The notes beneath the pieces are model-generated. The model saw nothing but the letters and a program-made list of their open reading frames with translations. It had not been told where the DNA came from and ran no database searches. Position numbers and translations under genes: made by a program. Positions 19,404 through 30,500 of a DNA stretch of 64,000 nt are shown piece by piece; within the stretch, counting starts at the first letter, position 1; each line of letters begins with the position of its first letter. Location of the stretch: IMG/VR virus record IMGVR_UViG_3300035182_002586, positions 248,001 through 312,000 of that record. One strand, given 5' to 3'.

Positions 19404-21581
19404 TCAGATTGAGCGTACCATGGCAGCCCCCTGCAAGGGCAAACCGGTAATCCAGTCCAGCGAGGGAGAGCCGGGGGGCATCATCGGCGTCCCCCGGGCA
19501 ACCCCGAGCACAGCCGTTGGCCCGCCCAAGAGCACTTGCGGGGCGACGAGGGAGACCAGGACCGGAGAGGTAATGCTGACCGCGAGCCCGGCGACGAGAG
19601 AGATGGCTCCGGCCGCCGCGTTCATCGAGATGGCTCCGGCCGCCGCGGAGACGGCAACGGCCCCGGCTGTCGCCGTCATCGTGATGCCCCCTGCACCGAC
19701 CTGAACGGCGTAGGCACCCGCAGCGCTTGTGATGGAGGTGGTGCCTCCAAGGACGTTGATCGCGTAGGCACCCGCCGTGACGGTCTGAATCGAGCCCCCC
19801 GCCAGGATCGTGGAGAGCTTCCCGCCCGTAACGATGGTCTCCTGGACCTGTTGGGCGTAGTTGGCCTGCGTCTTCCCGGAAACGAGAGCGTTCCACTCCC
19901 CCGCGTTGAACGTGATGCCCGACTGCGCGTTGAGCTGCATTCGGTCGGCCATGAGGTTGTAGCCGCCGTTGACGGTCGTGCTCTTGGCTCCGAGGATGTT
20001 CTCGACCCAATCCGCCGAGCACAGCACCTCTCCGTTGCCCGTGACGGACATGGAGTAGGCCACATCGTTGATGTCCGGGACCCCCAGGTACTCCGCCGAG
20101 TAGGACGAGTGATACTTGACTTTGATCGCCTGCCCTGCCGACGACGAGCCGATGTCTGCGACGATGCCACCGTCGAGACGCAGGTTGAGCGACACGTTGT
20201 CCGGAGAAGACGCGCCGATGCGGGCCTTGATGCCACCCTCCGCGTTGATCTCGGCGGAGACGTTCTTCGCTGCGTCCGCGTACTTCTCGATGCGGCTGCC
20301 CGGGAGGTTGACGAACAGCTTGCCCTGCTTCGACACGGCGACTGCGAACGAGTCGTCCTCGGTCGTGCCAAGGGGGGAGCGGATCCGCATGAGGTAGGCG
20401 CCCGCCGTGGACTTCGACTCGTCGTCGCCTTCCAGGGGCGTGCGCGGCACTTCCTCCATGGAGAACTTGCCCGGTCCGAGCTGTCCCCATGCGTCGAAGA
20501 TCTTCGGCTTGAGGAGCCGGCCGTACTGCCTCTGCCCCATCCCCGAGAAGGCATCGTTCCCTACGATGGAGCCGAACACCTGCTCGATGAAGATGACGCG
20601 ACGGTCCATCTGGAAGCCGTCGATCTCACCGAGCACGTCCGTGGACGCGTCGGTCGTGTGGTACATCTCCAGCCGGTGCTCCGTGAAAGCGTCGGCGGCC
20701 CCTTTCGGGTCCTCGAAGTTCACGGCCGGTTCGGTGGCTGTATAGAACGTGCGCTTCCCGTTGGAGTACGTGACGGGCGGGAACTCGTTGGCGTCGTTGA
20801 AGGCGTCGAGCACCTTCCCGGAGGAGTTGGCGAACTTGGTTGCGGAGCCGGGGGAGCCGGGGCCCGCGTTCTGGAGGTCGTCTCGACCGAAGTACCGATC
20901 GGCCTCGGTCTTGAGCGTCACTCCGTCCTTGCCGAAAATGTCACCCGGGAGCCAGAACGCCCCTCGACGAGTAGGGCCGGACCAACGGTGAACGCCGGCT
21001 TCCGCCTCGACCCTGTGGGTCGCCTGCATGACGAGGGTTCGCTCCGAGTCGCGCAGCTCGATGAGGTCGCCTGCGCGGTTGCACATGCGAACGTCTTTCG
21101 ACAACGCCAGCTCCGCGCCGGAAGCCGACATGCCGCCCACGTCTCCGGGCTGGAGCTTGAGCCGCTTGTAGCGGATCATCGGGCCGTACACGGCGTCGTA
21201 GAGGGCCTTGTCGGACGAGGCGACGGCGGAGGGGTTCTCCGGTGAGAACGGGTCGAAGCGCAAGCCGCTTCGGTTCCCCACCGGGATGTACCCGAGGATC
21301 ATCGCCTCGTAGAGCTGCTTGTGCTTGCGCCGGTAGCCGATGATGACGAGGGAGTTGACCTCGGGGACGCCGCCCCAGAAGCTCCGGGGTCCGGCCATCG
21401 CCTGCGTGAGGTCGATCTCGAAGCGGTCCCCACCTCCCGTGAGGATCTTCACGTCAGCCTTGAGGTTGATCTCGTCGACGCGCGTGATCAGCCCCACCTT
21501 CATCCCGAAGGCGTCGCCCGAGCTGACGAACTCCTTGCCCGGGACGTGGCCGATAGGCGGGGCGGGGCTCTTGGGGATCAC
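19404..21581 (-). CDS. Baseplate central spike (gp5/VgrG/gpV-like)
   Basis: N-terminal OB-like GLITRVD...GGVPEVNSLVIIGY and C-terminal beta-helix repeats (AGAYAI, AGAVAV, AGAISM, AGAISL). Confidence 0.75.
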   Translation of the reverse strand: MIPKSPAPPIGHVPGKEFVSSGDAFGMKVGLITRVDEINLKADVKILTGGGDRFEIDLTQAMAGPRSFWGGVPEVNSLVIIGYRRKHKQLYEAMILGYIPVGNRSGLRFDPFSPENPSAVASSDKALYDAVYGPMIRYKRLKLQPGDVGGMSASGAELALSKDVRMCNRAGDLIELRDSERTLVMQATHRVEAEAGVHRWSGPTRRGAFWLPGDIFGKDGVTLKTEADRYFGRDDLQNAGPGSPGSATKFANSSGKVLDAFNDANEFPPVTYSNGKRTFYTATEPAVNFEDPKGAADAFTEHRLEMYHTTDASTDVLGEIDGFQMDRRVIFIEQVFGSIVGNDAFSGMGQRQYGRLLKPKIFDAWGQLGPGKFSMEEVPRTPLEGDDESKSTAGAYLMRIRSPLGTTEDDSFAVAVSKQGKLFVNLPGSRIEKYADAAKNVSAEINAEGGIKARIGASSPDNVSLNLRLDGGIVADIGSSSAGQAIKVKYHSSYSAEYLGVPDINDVAYSMSVTGNGEVLCSADWVENILGAKSTTVNGGYNLMADRMQLNAQSGITFNAGEWNALVSGKTQANYAQQVQETIVTGGKLSTILAGGSIQTVTAGAYAINVLGGTTSITSAAGAYAVQVGAGGITMTATAGAVAVSAAAGAISMNAAAGAISLVAGLAVSITSPVLVSLVAPQVLLGGPTAVLGVARGTPMMPPGSPSLDWITGLPLQGAAMVRSI

Positions 21582-21589
21582 GTGCTACC

Positions 21590-24500
21590 TCATCCGAGCT
21601 GAGACAGCTCAGCCTGCTTGTTGGCGATGTCCTGTTGCGTGCTGGCGATCTTCTTGTCGAGCGCGGCGATCTGGTCCGGGAGGCTAGGGTAGGCGATGGT
21701 GGTGCCACTTGCCGCCTGTTGTTCGAGTTGCGCTTTGTCCGACTTGTACCGCTGCAAAGCCTGCTGCTCGTTGGCGATGTCCTGCGAGAGTTGCGTCTTC
21801 TTGGCGTTGTTCTTGAGGTTGCTCCCGAAGCTGCTCCACGCGTTGCCGATGTCCTTGATCGCCGTGGAGGCGTTGCCGAGGGTCGCCTTCGTGTCCCCGA
21901 GTGCGTAGCGATCAGGCTCCGAGAAGGGCGGGGTGAGGTCACCGTAGGGCGTACCCGTGTCCGCAGTCGAACCGTCGACCTCTCCGGGCGTCAGTGCGAT
22001 CCCACCGTCACGGAGACGCTGCTCCAACGCCTGGTGGGGCCCATCGAGCGCCGTGTAGAGGTTGACGAGAAAGAGGTCGACACGCTTGATGACCTCCTCT
22101 CGGGAGGGAGAGAGAAGAGCGCCCGTCACGGGCACTGCATCCGAGATACTCGGTGCGGCCCCGAGACCCACGCCAATCCCACGCGCCTCGTTCAGTGCGG
22201 CGGCGGTAGCCGTGTCGCCCGCGATCACGCCAACGAGCCCCACCGTCTTCCCGTCGTAGAGCGCGGGAGCCGGGCTCGCGGGGGTGAGTACCTGCACCTG
22301 GTAGCCCGTGGAGATGAACGCCAGGTCGCTGCGCCCAAGAATACACGCACAGTCGGTGTCGACGATGGTGTTGCCGTCCTTGACCGTCAGTTCTGCGATC
22401 GTGAGAGCCTTCGAGAGCTGGGACGCCTCCACACTGGAGGGGAGACCCTGAGCTTCTGGTGACCCAAGAGGTGCCGAGTCGACGAAGTTCACGCTGCTGG
22501 TGACCATGCGAAGGTCGGGATCCTTCGAGTCTGGGTTCTGCACCCCGGCCGTCTGGAGGTCCTCCGGTTGGAGCCGGGCCAGGGCATCAGCCGGGTTGGC
22601 GTAGGCGGAGATGAGGGCGGTGATGCCTTGCGACTGCGCCTGGAGAGTCTCGAACAACCCCCCCGAGAGAGCGAGCTGCACGTCGACGTTGGCAGCCTTG
22701 TTCCTCTCACCTGAGTTGTAGACGAGTTGGCCGTCACGGAGAGCGACCCCGCGCCCGTATCGGAAGTGGCCGATGACCTCGAACCCCCGCTCATCGCTGA
22801 CGGGACGGATCATGCCCGTCGATCCCTCGAAGACTTTCGTGTCTGCTCCGGTTGCGTCCGTCGTATGGACGTTCTTCGCCGGGAGGAGCACAAGCTCTCC
22901 GATGGTCTTCTCTTTCTCGTAGGCGTAGACGTACACACCCGCCGAGTTGAGCCCGTACTGGTAGCGGTTGTTCGAGTGCTTCGCACGAAGCTCGTCGATG
23001 CTGTCCGTCATGAAACTAGAGGTCGTCTCATCGACCCTCTTGGCGTAGTTCTCACCCTCTTTCTTCGCATATGCGGCTGAATTCGGATTGGGCGTCGTTT
23101 TGATACCCGCGTCCTTTTTCAACTGATCGGGACTCGTCTTGAACGGGCGCGTGTAGACCATCACCGCATTGGGGTACCCGAGAATGCGGCCCGTCTTCGG
23201 GTGCTGCATGATCAGGGGTTCGTAGGGGTTCACAGCCCCCGGGGCGATGTCTGTGACAGGTGGGACCGTCGCCGCTGTCCCCACCTGCAAGTCGTACGAC
23301 CCGTAGTTGGACAGGGTGCGGGAGCTGTACGGGAAGGCCGCGTTCCCGGGGTTTGAGACGGCCCCACTGGACACACCCTTGAACTTGAGCGTTCCGATCC
23401 CTTTGGGAGCCAGGAACTTCTCCCGCTTCGCGGTCAAGGTCAGCGTGGTCGTAGCGCGCCCGCCGAACGCGATGTTGTGGGAGATGCCGGTGATGTACCA
23501 GATCTGGTCCTTCGGGGCGATGTAGATGGGGAACCCCAGACGCAGCTCCGGTCTGAACGGGATGGTCACCGAGCCGCGATGCCTGCGCGAGTTCTTCCGG
23601 TCCAGGATGTCCAGGCCGTGGTAGAACATGAGCGTGGTGTCGCCCATGAACTCAGAGCTGTAGTTCTCGGGCCTCCACCCGTACTTCCGCAGCAGGTGGT
23701 AGTCGGTGACGGACGTGAAGGGGGTGCACTCCTCGGAGAACCCATAGTCGACGTTCCCGCCGAAGAACCCTTGGAGCGTGAGCTGTGTGACGACTTCGGC
23801 CTCGGACACCGACAGGTTCCACTCGATGATGTCGATGTCTTGGATCCACGAGAGCGGCTTGTTCGACAGGATGTCGAGGTTGTAGAAGGGCGGCTTGAAA
23901 ACGATGGAGCCGTCCACGTCCATGTAGAACTCGAAGCCGATCGCTTCCTTCGCTGAGTTCGCCAGCTCCAGCTTGGTCTGGTACTCGCTCTGCCAGAAGT
24001 TGACCTGCCCTGCCTGTGAGAAGACCGTGTGGAACGCGGTCACCTGCGGATCTGAGGGGTCGAACACCATTTGGCCGCCCTGCGTGCCGCCGTTGGCGTT
24101 TGCCACCGCCGTGGACGCGAAGTGGCCAGGGTCATTCGGTTTCCCGCCCGTGCGGTACGGCTCGTAGAGGGAGTCGCCACGGACGGCGATCCCGTTGACG
24201 CCGTAGAGAAGCAGGTTCGAGCGTACGCGCCGGAACCGCTGTTCCCAGTAGAGCATGATGTCCGAGAAGGCGGAGTTGAACGTCGCCTGCTGCCCGGCTT
24301 CCTTGTAGAGCGACACGAGAGAGCCCGTGCCGATGATGGCGTCGCCGAACGACGACTGCGCCAGGGACCAGATCACGTCGTAGGGGTTCGAGCCGAAGAA
24401 GACGTTGCCGAAGATCGATCGCCCCTGCTGCCCGCTCGGGGCCGTGAACGCAGGGTTGATGTTCATGCGGCACAGCTCCCACCACTTGAGGATGTCGCTG

Positions 24501-24907
24501 CACGAGATCGAGACCGAGTGCTCCCCGCCTGAATAGTCGTCGCCCACTTCGGTGACGAGCCCCCAGAATATGGGGTAATACTGCGGGACACCCTCGACGA
24601 GGTAGAAGCCCTTCGCGTAGATCTCGACCTCCATCATCGGCGTGATGACAGGGTTGCCCTCGAAGTAAAAGTCGTCGATCGTGTGGCGGGGGATCGACAG
24701 CGAGATCGAGGCCGAGCCCGGGACGCTCTCGACGGAGAGGTCTACCTGAACCGACGTGATGTACTTGTTCAAGTCGAAGCGCCGCCTGCACGACGGGCAG
24801 CCGATCATGTCGACTTCCCCGTTGATGTAGACGATCGCGTCGGGCGCCGTCACCACGGTCTGCCGGACGTTCGGCTGGTAGGTCCCCTGAAACGGTCCTC
24901 GTGCCAT
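21590..24907 (-). CDS. Baseplate hub (gp27-like)
   Basis: Immediately upstream of the spike; FEFYMDVDGSIVFKPP and GSVTIPFRPELRLG...WYITGISHNI hub patterns. Confidence 0.7.
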   Translation of the reverse strand: MARGPFQGTYQPNVRQTVVTAPDAIVYINGEVDMIGCPSCRRRFDLNKYITSVQVDLSVESVPGSASISLSIPRHTIDDFYFEGNPVITPMMEVEIYAKGFYLVEGVPQYYPIFWGLVTEVGDDYSGGEHSVSISCSDILKWWELCRMNINPAFTAPSGQQGRSIFGNVFFGSNPYDVIWSLAQSSFGDAIIGTGSLVSLYKEAGQQATFNSAFSDIMLYWEQRFRRVRSNLLLYGVNGIAVRGDSLYEPYRTGGKPNDPGHFASTAVANANGGTQGGQMVFDPSDPQVTAFHTVFSQAGQVNFWQSEYQTKLELANSAKEAIGFEFYMDVDGSIVFKPPFYNLDILSNKPLSWIQDIDIIEWNLSVSEAEVVTQLTLQGFFGGNVDYGFSEECTPFTSVTDYHLLRKYGWRPENYSSEFMGDTTLMFYHGLDILDRKNSRRHRGSVTIPFRPELRLGFPIYIAPKDQIWYITGISHNIAFGGRATTTLTLTAKREKFLAPKGIGTLKFKGVSSGAVSNPGNAAFPYSSRTLSNYGSYDLQVGTAATVPPVTDIAPGAVNPYEPLIMQHPKTGRILGYPNAVMVYTRPFKTSPDQLKKDAGIKTTPNPNSAAYAKKEGENYAKRVDETTSSFMTDSIDELRAKHSNNRYQYGLNSAGVYVYAYEKEKTIGELVLLPAKNVHTTDATGADTKVFEGSTGMIRPVSDERGFEVIGHFRYGRGVALRDGQLVYNSGERNKAANVDVQLALSGGLFETLQAQSQGITALISAYANPADALARLQPEDLQTAGVQNPDSKDPDLRMVTSSVNFVDSAPLGSPEAQGLPSSVEASQLSKALTIAELTVKDGNTIVDTDCACILGRSDLAFISTGYQVQVLTPASPAPALYDGKTVGLVGVIAGDTATAAALNEARGIGVGLGAAPSISDAVPVTGALLSPSREEVIKRVDLFLVNLYTALDGPHQALEQRLRDGGIALTPGEVDGSTADTGTPYGDLTPPFSEPDRYALGDTKATLGNASTAIKDIGNAWSSFGSNLKNNAKKTQLSQDIANEQQALQRYKSDKAQLEQQAASGTTIAYPSLPDQIAALDKKIASTQQDIANKQAELSQLG

Positions 24908-24910
24908 GGT

Positions 24911-26809
24911 TCAGACCCCTACAGCAACTTCGGTGGCGGTCACAGGTAGTTCAGGGGGAGGAGGTGGAACCTTCTCGGCCCCCACATCGGTGACGGTCTT
25001 GGGGATGGCGGAAGAGGACTCGTTGAGGATGGGGTTGGGGGGCACGAAGGGCGGCGCCCCGAAGGTGAGGGCGGGATCGCTCACGTTGTCGAGGAGGAAC
25101 CACGCTCGGACCGTGAACGAGAACGAGTACTCCAGCGTGAACGGGCCCGTGTCGGCCTCGTTGATGCTGAGATTGTCGAAGCTCCCGATGTACAGGATGT
25201 TGTCGTAGTAGATGTAGATCGACCCCACGACAGAGAGCGTGGGAGCGCCCGTCTTCCCGACGATGCCCTCGTTGTTCAGCCACACGCCCCCGTTGTTCTT
25301 GTAGAGCAGGTAGAGGGACAGGAAGTTCTGGTAGCTGTCCGACATGTTGCGGCCCGTGCGGGTGAGCCCCCCACCGCCGGTGCTCATGCTGACTGCGTAG
25401 AAGCCGGCGAGCTTGCCGGACCCTTCGATCTTGTCCTGTTGTTCGCCCCAGTGCTCGATGATGGGTCCGTTACGGCCATAGTTGCCGTCGGAGATGATCT
25501 TCTCCCCGCTCACCTTGAAGCTCGTGGGGTTCACCAGGAGACGGAGAGGCGGCGTCTTCGCCATCTTGTCCAGCTCTCGCTGCGTCGCCTTGATCATCGC
25601 CTCCTGCGCAGCCTGGAAGCTCGTTCCGAGGTCGGTGAGGTTCAGGTCCTTGTTGGAGGTCTTCTCGATCGTCTTCTTCGCCGTGCTGGCGTCACCCGAC
25701 CCGCTCGGCTTCCAGTCCCCCGTCGTTGCTCCGCCAGTGGGGCCCGCACCAGGGTTGAGGGTGCCGTCGGCACCGCCCTTCAAGGCCGCCTCACCTTGCG
25801 CAATGCCGGCAGTGATCCAGTCAGGAAGGGGTTTGTTTGCGTACTCGGCCACCTGGTCGACGTTGATGGCTCCGATAGGCTCTTGGATGACCTTGCCCGT
25901 GGCGTCCTTCTTGGGTACGTCGAAGCCGGGGTTCTGCTGGTAAGCCAGGTCTTGGAAGTCCGCCCGTGGGAACTTGAACCCCGGGTGGTCCTCGATGTAC
26001 TTCTTCTGGTACGCCGCGCTGGCGTACAGGATCCCGGGGGGATTACCGGAGTTCTGGAAGCCCCCGAAATTACGGAGGTAGGCTTCCGTGGCGGTCATAC
26101 CCTTGACGCCACCCTTCGCGAAGAACTTTTCGGCCCAATAGAGCTGGTTGTCGGCCGAGGTGTTCTCGTAGTTCTTCCAGTCCTCTTCCGACATGCCGAT
26201 GCTCTTCGCGGGATCGAGCATCAACTGGTTGAGGCCCTTGGCCACGGGCACAGGGGGGTTACCCTGCTTGTTCACGGCCGTGGTCTTGAAGCCGCTCTCA
26301 CCCTTGATGACGGCAGCGAGGACCTTGGGGTCCACACCAAGGCGCTTACACATCGCCACATACTTCGTCCAGAAGTCCGGTGGTAGGGCTCCGTTGGGCA
26401 GACCCGCTCCACCACTGGTGTTCCCCTTGATGTTCAGCTCGTCGGCGAAGCCTGTGATCGAGGCTACGCTGGCCGAACGATCGAGGTGGCGTCCCGTGAC
26501 GTTGGAAGACGGGGGTAGCACCCCGATGATGAAGGGCTTGGCGTCCTTGTGGTACGCGTCTGACTGAGAGAACCCCACGAAGTCGGAGGTTGCGGGGTCG
26601 TCCTCCGTCCGGAGCCGGCTGTACTGCGTGAGGAGGTTGTAGACCTGCGGGGCGTAGGTGTCCGCCGTGTTCTCGATTTGCTGGTAGACGCGCTGCTCAG
26701 GGGAGGTGGGGGACGCCGTGGTGATGCCACCCGCAGGCACTCCTCCGGTCTCCGTGAGAACGGTGGGGGACGCGCTAGGGTCGACTCCGGTGCTTGTATT
26801 GAGTGCCAC
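24911..26809 (-). CDS. Tail-associated lytic transglycosylase fused to tube-initiator-like domain
   Basis: SLT motif VLAAVIKGESGF...AKGLNQL; the C-terminal LLVNPTSF...EHWGEQ domain is paralogous to the 26819-27550 protein. Confidence 0.7.
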   Translation of the reverse strand: MALNTSTGVDPSASPTVLTETGGVPAGGITTASPTSPEQRVYQQIENTADTYAPQVYNLLTQYSRLRTEDDPATSDFVGFSQSDAYHKDAKPFIIGVLPPSSNVTGRHLDRSASVASITGFADELNIKGNTSGGAGLPNGALPPDFWTKYVAMCKRLGVDPKVLAAVIKGESGFKTTAVNKQGNPPVPVAKGLNQLMLDPAKSIGMSEEDWKNYENTSADNQLYWAEKFFAKGGVKGMTATEAYLRNFGGFQNSGNPPGILYASAAYQKKYIEDHPGFKFPRADFQDLAYQQNPGFDVPKKDATGKVIQEPIGAINVDQVAEYANKPLPDWITAGIAQGEAALKGGADGTLNPGAGPTGGATTGDWKPSGSGDASTAKKTIEKTSNKDLNLTDLGTSFQAAQEAMIKATQRELDKMAKTPPLRLLVNPTSFKVSGEKIISDGNYGRNGPIIEHWGEQQDKIEGSGKLAGFYAVSMSTGGGGLTRTGRNMSDSYQNFLSLYLLYKNNGGVWLNNEGIVGKTGAPTLSVVGSIYIYYDNILYIGSFDNLSINEADTGPFTLEYSFSFTVRAWFLLDNVSDPALTFGAPPFVPPNPILNESSSAIPKTVTDVGAEKVPPPPPELPVTATEVAVGV

Positions 26810-26818
26810 TGTGCCCTC

Positions 26819-27550
26819 TCACTTCTTCGCGGGTGTGGGCAGTGGGGAGTTGACGACGCCCTGTGCGGAGCTGGTCACACGCAGACCCCGATCCGGCCCG
26901 GCCTGGAGGGCGTTCTTGCTCTGGAAGTCCGGGGTTGTGTAGTTCTTCGTGAGACCCGGGAAGGTCGGGATCTTCACGATCGTCTCTTGCACCTTGAACG
27001 ACCACGAGATGTGGAAGGCGAAGGGGCTCTCGTCCGTCTCTTCTGTCTCGAAGGTCGTGAAGTACCCGATGTAGGTCCCCCGATCGAACATGAGCATCAC
27101 GTTGCCCTGTAGGACGATGTTGCCGTAGGGGTCGTAGACGGAGCCGTTGTTTCGGAAGAGGTCATGCAGGTCCCGGTAGCGGTCCCATGCGATGGTCCTC
27201 TGGCGAAGCACGCTGGAGAGCCCCGTGTAGATGTTCATGAAGGCGCCCGTGGAGCCGTCCGCACTGATCTCCGCCAGGTCATCCCCCCAGTGCTGCTCGA
27301 CCCACCCTCCACGCGTCTGGATCCGTTCGACCTTCTTGTTCTCGGTAATGCCGAAGGTCGCCGGGTTCACGTGCATCACAAGCGCCGTGGGCAAGAGGCA
27401 CCGATGCGTGTCGAACGGCGACGTGATCTGGAACGCCATCGGGATGGGGATGGACTTCTGCTCGTCCAACCCATGCCGGTAGATCGGCGTCGTTGTGGGC
27501 AGTACCTTGTTCTGCTTGAAGTCCGGGTTAGGGGACGGGATTCTGGGCAT
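26819..27550 (-). CDS. Tail tube initiator (gp48/gp54-like)
   Basis: MHVNPATF...VEQHWGDD...YIGYFTTFE...FAFHISWSFKV; directly follows the tape measure gene. Confidence 0.6.
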   Translation of the reverse strand: MPRIPSPNPDFKQNKVLPTTTPIYRHGLDEQKSIPIPMAFQITSPFDTHRCLLPTALVMHVNPATFGITENKKVERIQTRGGWVEQHWGDDLAEISADGSTGAFMNIYTGLSSVLRQRTIAWDRYRDLHDLFRNNGSVYDPYGNIVLQGNVMLMFDRGTYIGYFTTFETEETDESPFAFHISWSFKVQETIVKIPTFPGLTKNYTTPDFQSKNALQAGPDRGLRVTSSAQGVVNSPLPTPAKK

Positions 27551-27565
27551 GTCTCACCCCTCCCC

Positions 27566-30500
27566 TCACTGGAACTTCTTGCGCCGCTCGTACTCGGCGA
27601 TCAGCTTGATAGTGCCGTTCTTGATATAGGACTCGAACTCCGCACTCGGCGGCCCGTTGAAGTTCTGGATGACGGCAGCGCCACCCTTCCCTCCCTTCGG
27701 TACGATGGTCTCGCCGGGCGCGACGGACGCGAACGCTTCGCCCGGGGCGGGGCGCATGACCGTGCCACCAGCCGCGTTGGGCTCTACGAGCTGGACGCCG
27801 GCCGTCTGAGGGTTGAACGTGGACCCCTGCTTTTTGGCGAGGTCCATCGTCTGCTCAGTGATGTCCTTGATACTCTTCCCGCTAGCCATAGCAGCCGCTA
27901 CGTCTTTGCGATCGAAGCCGCTGTACAGGTAGTACTCGAAGAGCGCCGTTCGGACCGACTCCAGGGTGGCGTCCTCGATCTTGCCCTTGAGGCTGTTCGC
28001 TCCCGACCCCTTGTCGAACTTCTTCGCAGCGACGGCTTCCTTGTGGATGTCGGTCAGGGTGTCGTTCGAGGCTTCCGCCTGCTTCCCTGTCGGAGGTGCG
28101 TCCTTCGACGACGCGGGCACAGGCGGACCCCCTGCCACGGGGACCTTGTTCGTAGCGGGGGTCCCACCAGTCCCGGTGGCGGTAGGGATCGTAACCGGAA
28201 CCTTGTTTGCAGCACCGCCTCCTACAGCGGGAGCGCCCCCAACAGGCATGGCAACGGTGGACATCTTACTCTCACCCGCCACCTCGGGGGGTGCGCCGCT
28301 CTCCTTGGCCGCCTTCTTGTGAAGCTGATCGAGGCTGTTGATCAGGTATTGAACCTGCTCGTCGTCTTCGAGACCACCTTCCCCGACATGTTCCCCATTC
28401 ATGTAGGTCGTAGGCCCCTGTTCCAACAGGGCTCCGAGGTAGGCCGCCTTGTCCTCTGCGTCCAGTTTGACCCCAGCGTTCTTAGCGATTACCTCGATGT
28501 CTGGAAGACCCATTTCGTCGCCGTTTTCGGCGTAGAAGTCCCTGGCCTCAGCAATGACCTTATCCATGTCCTTGCTATAGCCCTTCAAGCTACCGAGGGC
28601 GTCGAGCTTGGAACGGTCATCAAGGCGCGCCGAGTGCTCAATGTCCCCCTGCTCGCTGGCCTGTTGCTTCTTGAGGACGGCTGCTTGATCCAGTAGCTTC
28701 TTCTTCTCCTTGGGGTCACTCGTCTGGCCTGCCTGCTTCTCCAAGCGCTCGATGGTGTCCCCTCGCTCCTCGAACTGCTTCTTGAACCCAGAGACCAGTT
28801 CCGCACTCATTTTCTTCATGTCGCCGCCAGACTTCTTGTAGGCGGCTTGAACCGTCGGGTCGCTGCTCTTCTTGTTGTACTTCATGATGTTTCGCAGATT
28901 GATGGCCTCCATCTTTTTGGGGTCGACGAACGACTTGAAGATGGGGGCCTGTCCAAGCAGCGAGTAGATGTCTGCCAGTGTGTCGTAGATGTAGTTCAGG
29001 ATGTAGTCCATGATCGTATCCAGCTTATCCAGCAAGCTGGAGGTCAGGTCGGCCTGCTTCTTCGCGTAGTCGATTTGCTTACCTGCGTTCAGCAGCGTGT
29101 CCTTGTCTTCCTTCGACATGGTGTCGAGGACTTCATCGGTCTCCATCGAGTCGACCTTCTTCTTGTCCCAGCCCTGCGCGATCAACGCCTCTTTCTGGTC
29201 GTCAATGGCCTGCTCGAACTTGATCGCCTGGTCGAGTTGTTCCTGAGAGATGCCGAGGTTCTCGGCCATCATCTCTCCACCAAGGGACCCGGCTGCATCC
29301 TCCAGCTTCTTCCCTCCGAAGCGACCGATCGACTTCTTGTACATCTCGAACACGCCGCCAGCACCGAGGTTTCCGGTTGCTGTAGACAGTCCAAAGAGCC
29401 CTCGCTTGGAGCGCTTTGAGTCGATCTTGATCTGGCTGGCTGCCTCGGAAATCTCGCCCTGCATCTCCTTGGGTAGCTTCGAGATGATGTCCTTTGCGCC
29501 TTGTCCCCCCGCTTTGATGGCATTGGCAATGTCCTCGACGTTGCCCTTTCCACCCATCGCGTCCTTGATCTTCTCCGCAAGACTCTTAGTCTTGCGGTTC
29601 AAGTCGCGTTCGACGATATCCTTGGTAGCTCCTTGGCCAGCAAGGAGGGTCATGCGGAGCTTCTCAGCTCGACCCATCGTCTTGAAGCCCTGCATCGTCG
29701 TCTGGAGGAACTTCTGCGCGTTCCGGGGGCTCATCACCTTCCCGAGGAGGGTCAACATGTGCACGGCGTCTTCCATGCGCATGTTGTAGAGGGACAGGTC
29801 CGAGCTTACCCCCTTGATGATGTTGAAGAACTTGTTCGAGGCGATACCGGCCTCCGCCGCACCCATCTGCATGGCGGCGAAGTCCTTTGTGGTAGACGCC
29901 AGAGACCCACCAAGCTCCGTCATCATCTCCGCCTGTAGGGAGGAGATTTCGTTGAGGCTCACACCGAAGTTGCGTGAGTAGGCGACAGCCACGTGTGTCA
30001 TGGTCGCACTGAAGTTACCCATCGACTTGCCCGCACGCTCTGCTTCGTCCTTCATGTGCTTGAGGGACACGCCCTCAGCATTCAAGGTGTTCAGCACCGC
30101 GAGGTGGTCCTTGTTGTTGATACCCCAGTCGAGGTTGTCCAAGGAGAACGCAGCGTCACGCACCTCTCTGATCGTCTCCTCTAGGTCGGCAGCAGCAGCA
30201 GACGCATTACCCAGGTTGCTCGCGAGATACTCGGAGGTGCTCGTAGAAGACAGCAGGTCCTTGTTGAACTGCTTAGCCCCGGCTTCCGCGTCGAGGAACA
30301 GCTTGACAACTGCCATCATCACGCCGCTTACAGCCCCGAGGATCGGCCCGAGTTTAGACAGGGTTTCGAGCATGGGGCCCATTTTGCCCATGGCCTTGCC
30401 CATGGCCTTGCCAAACCCGCTCGCACCAGGGTCCGCCTGCTTCTTGGCGGCGTATCGAGTAGCGGCAGCACCTAGCCCCTTGAAGCCGCCGCTGATGCCC

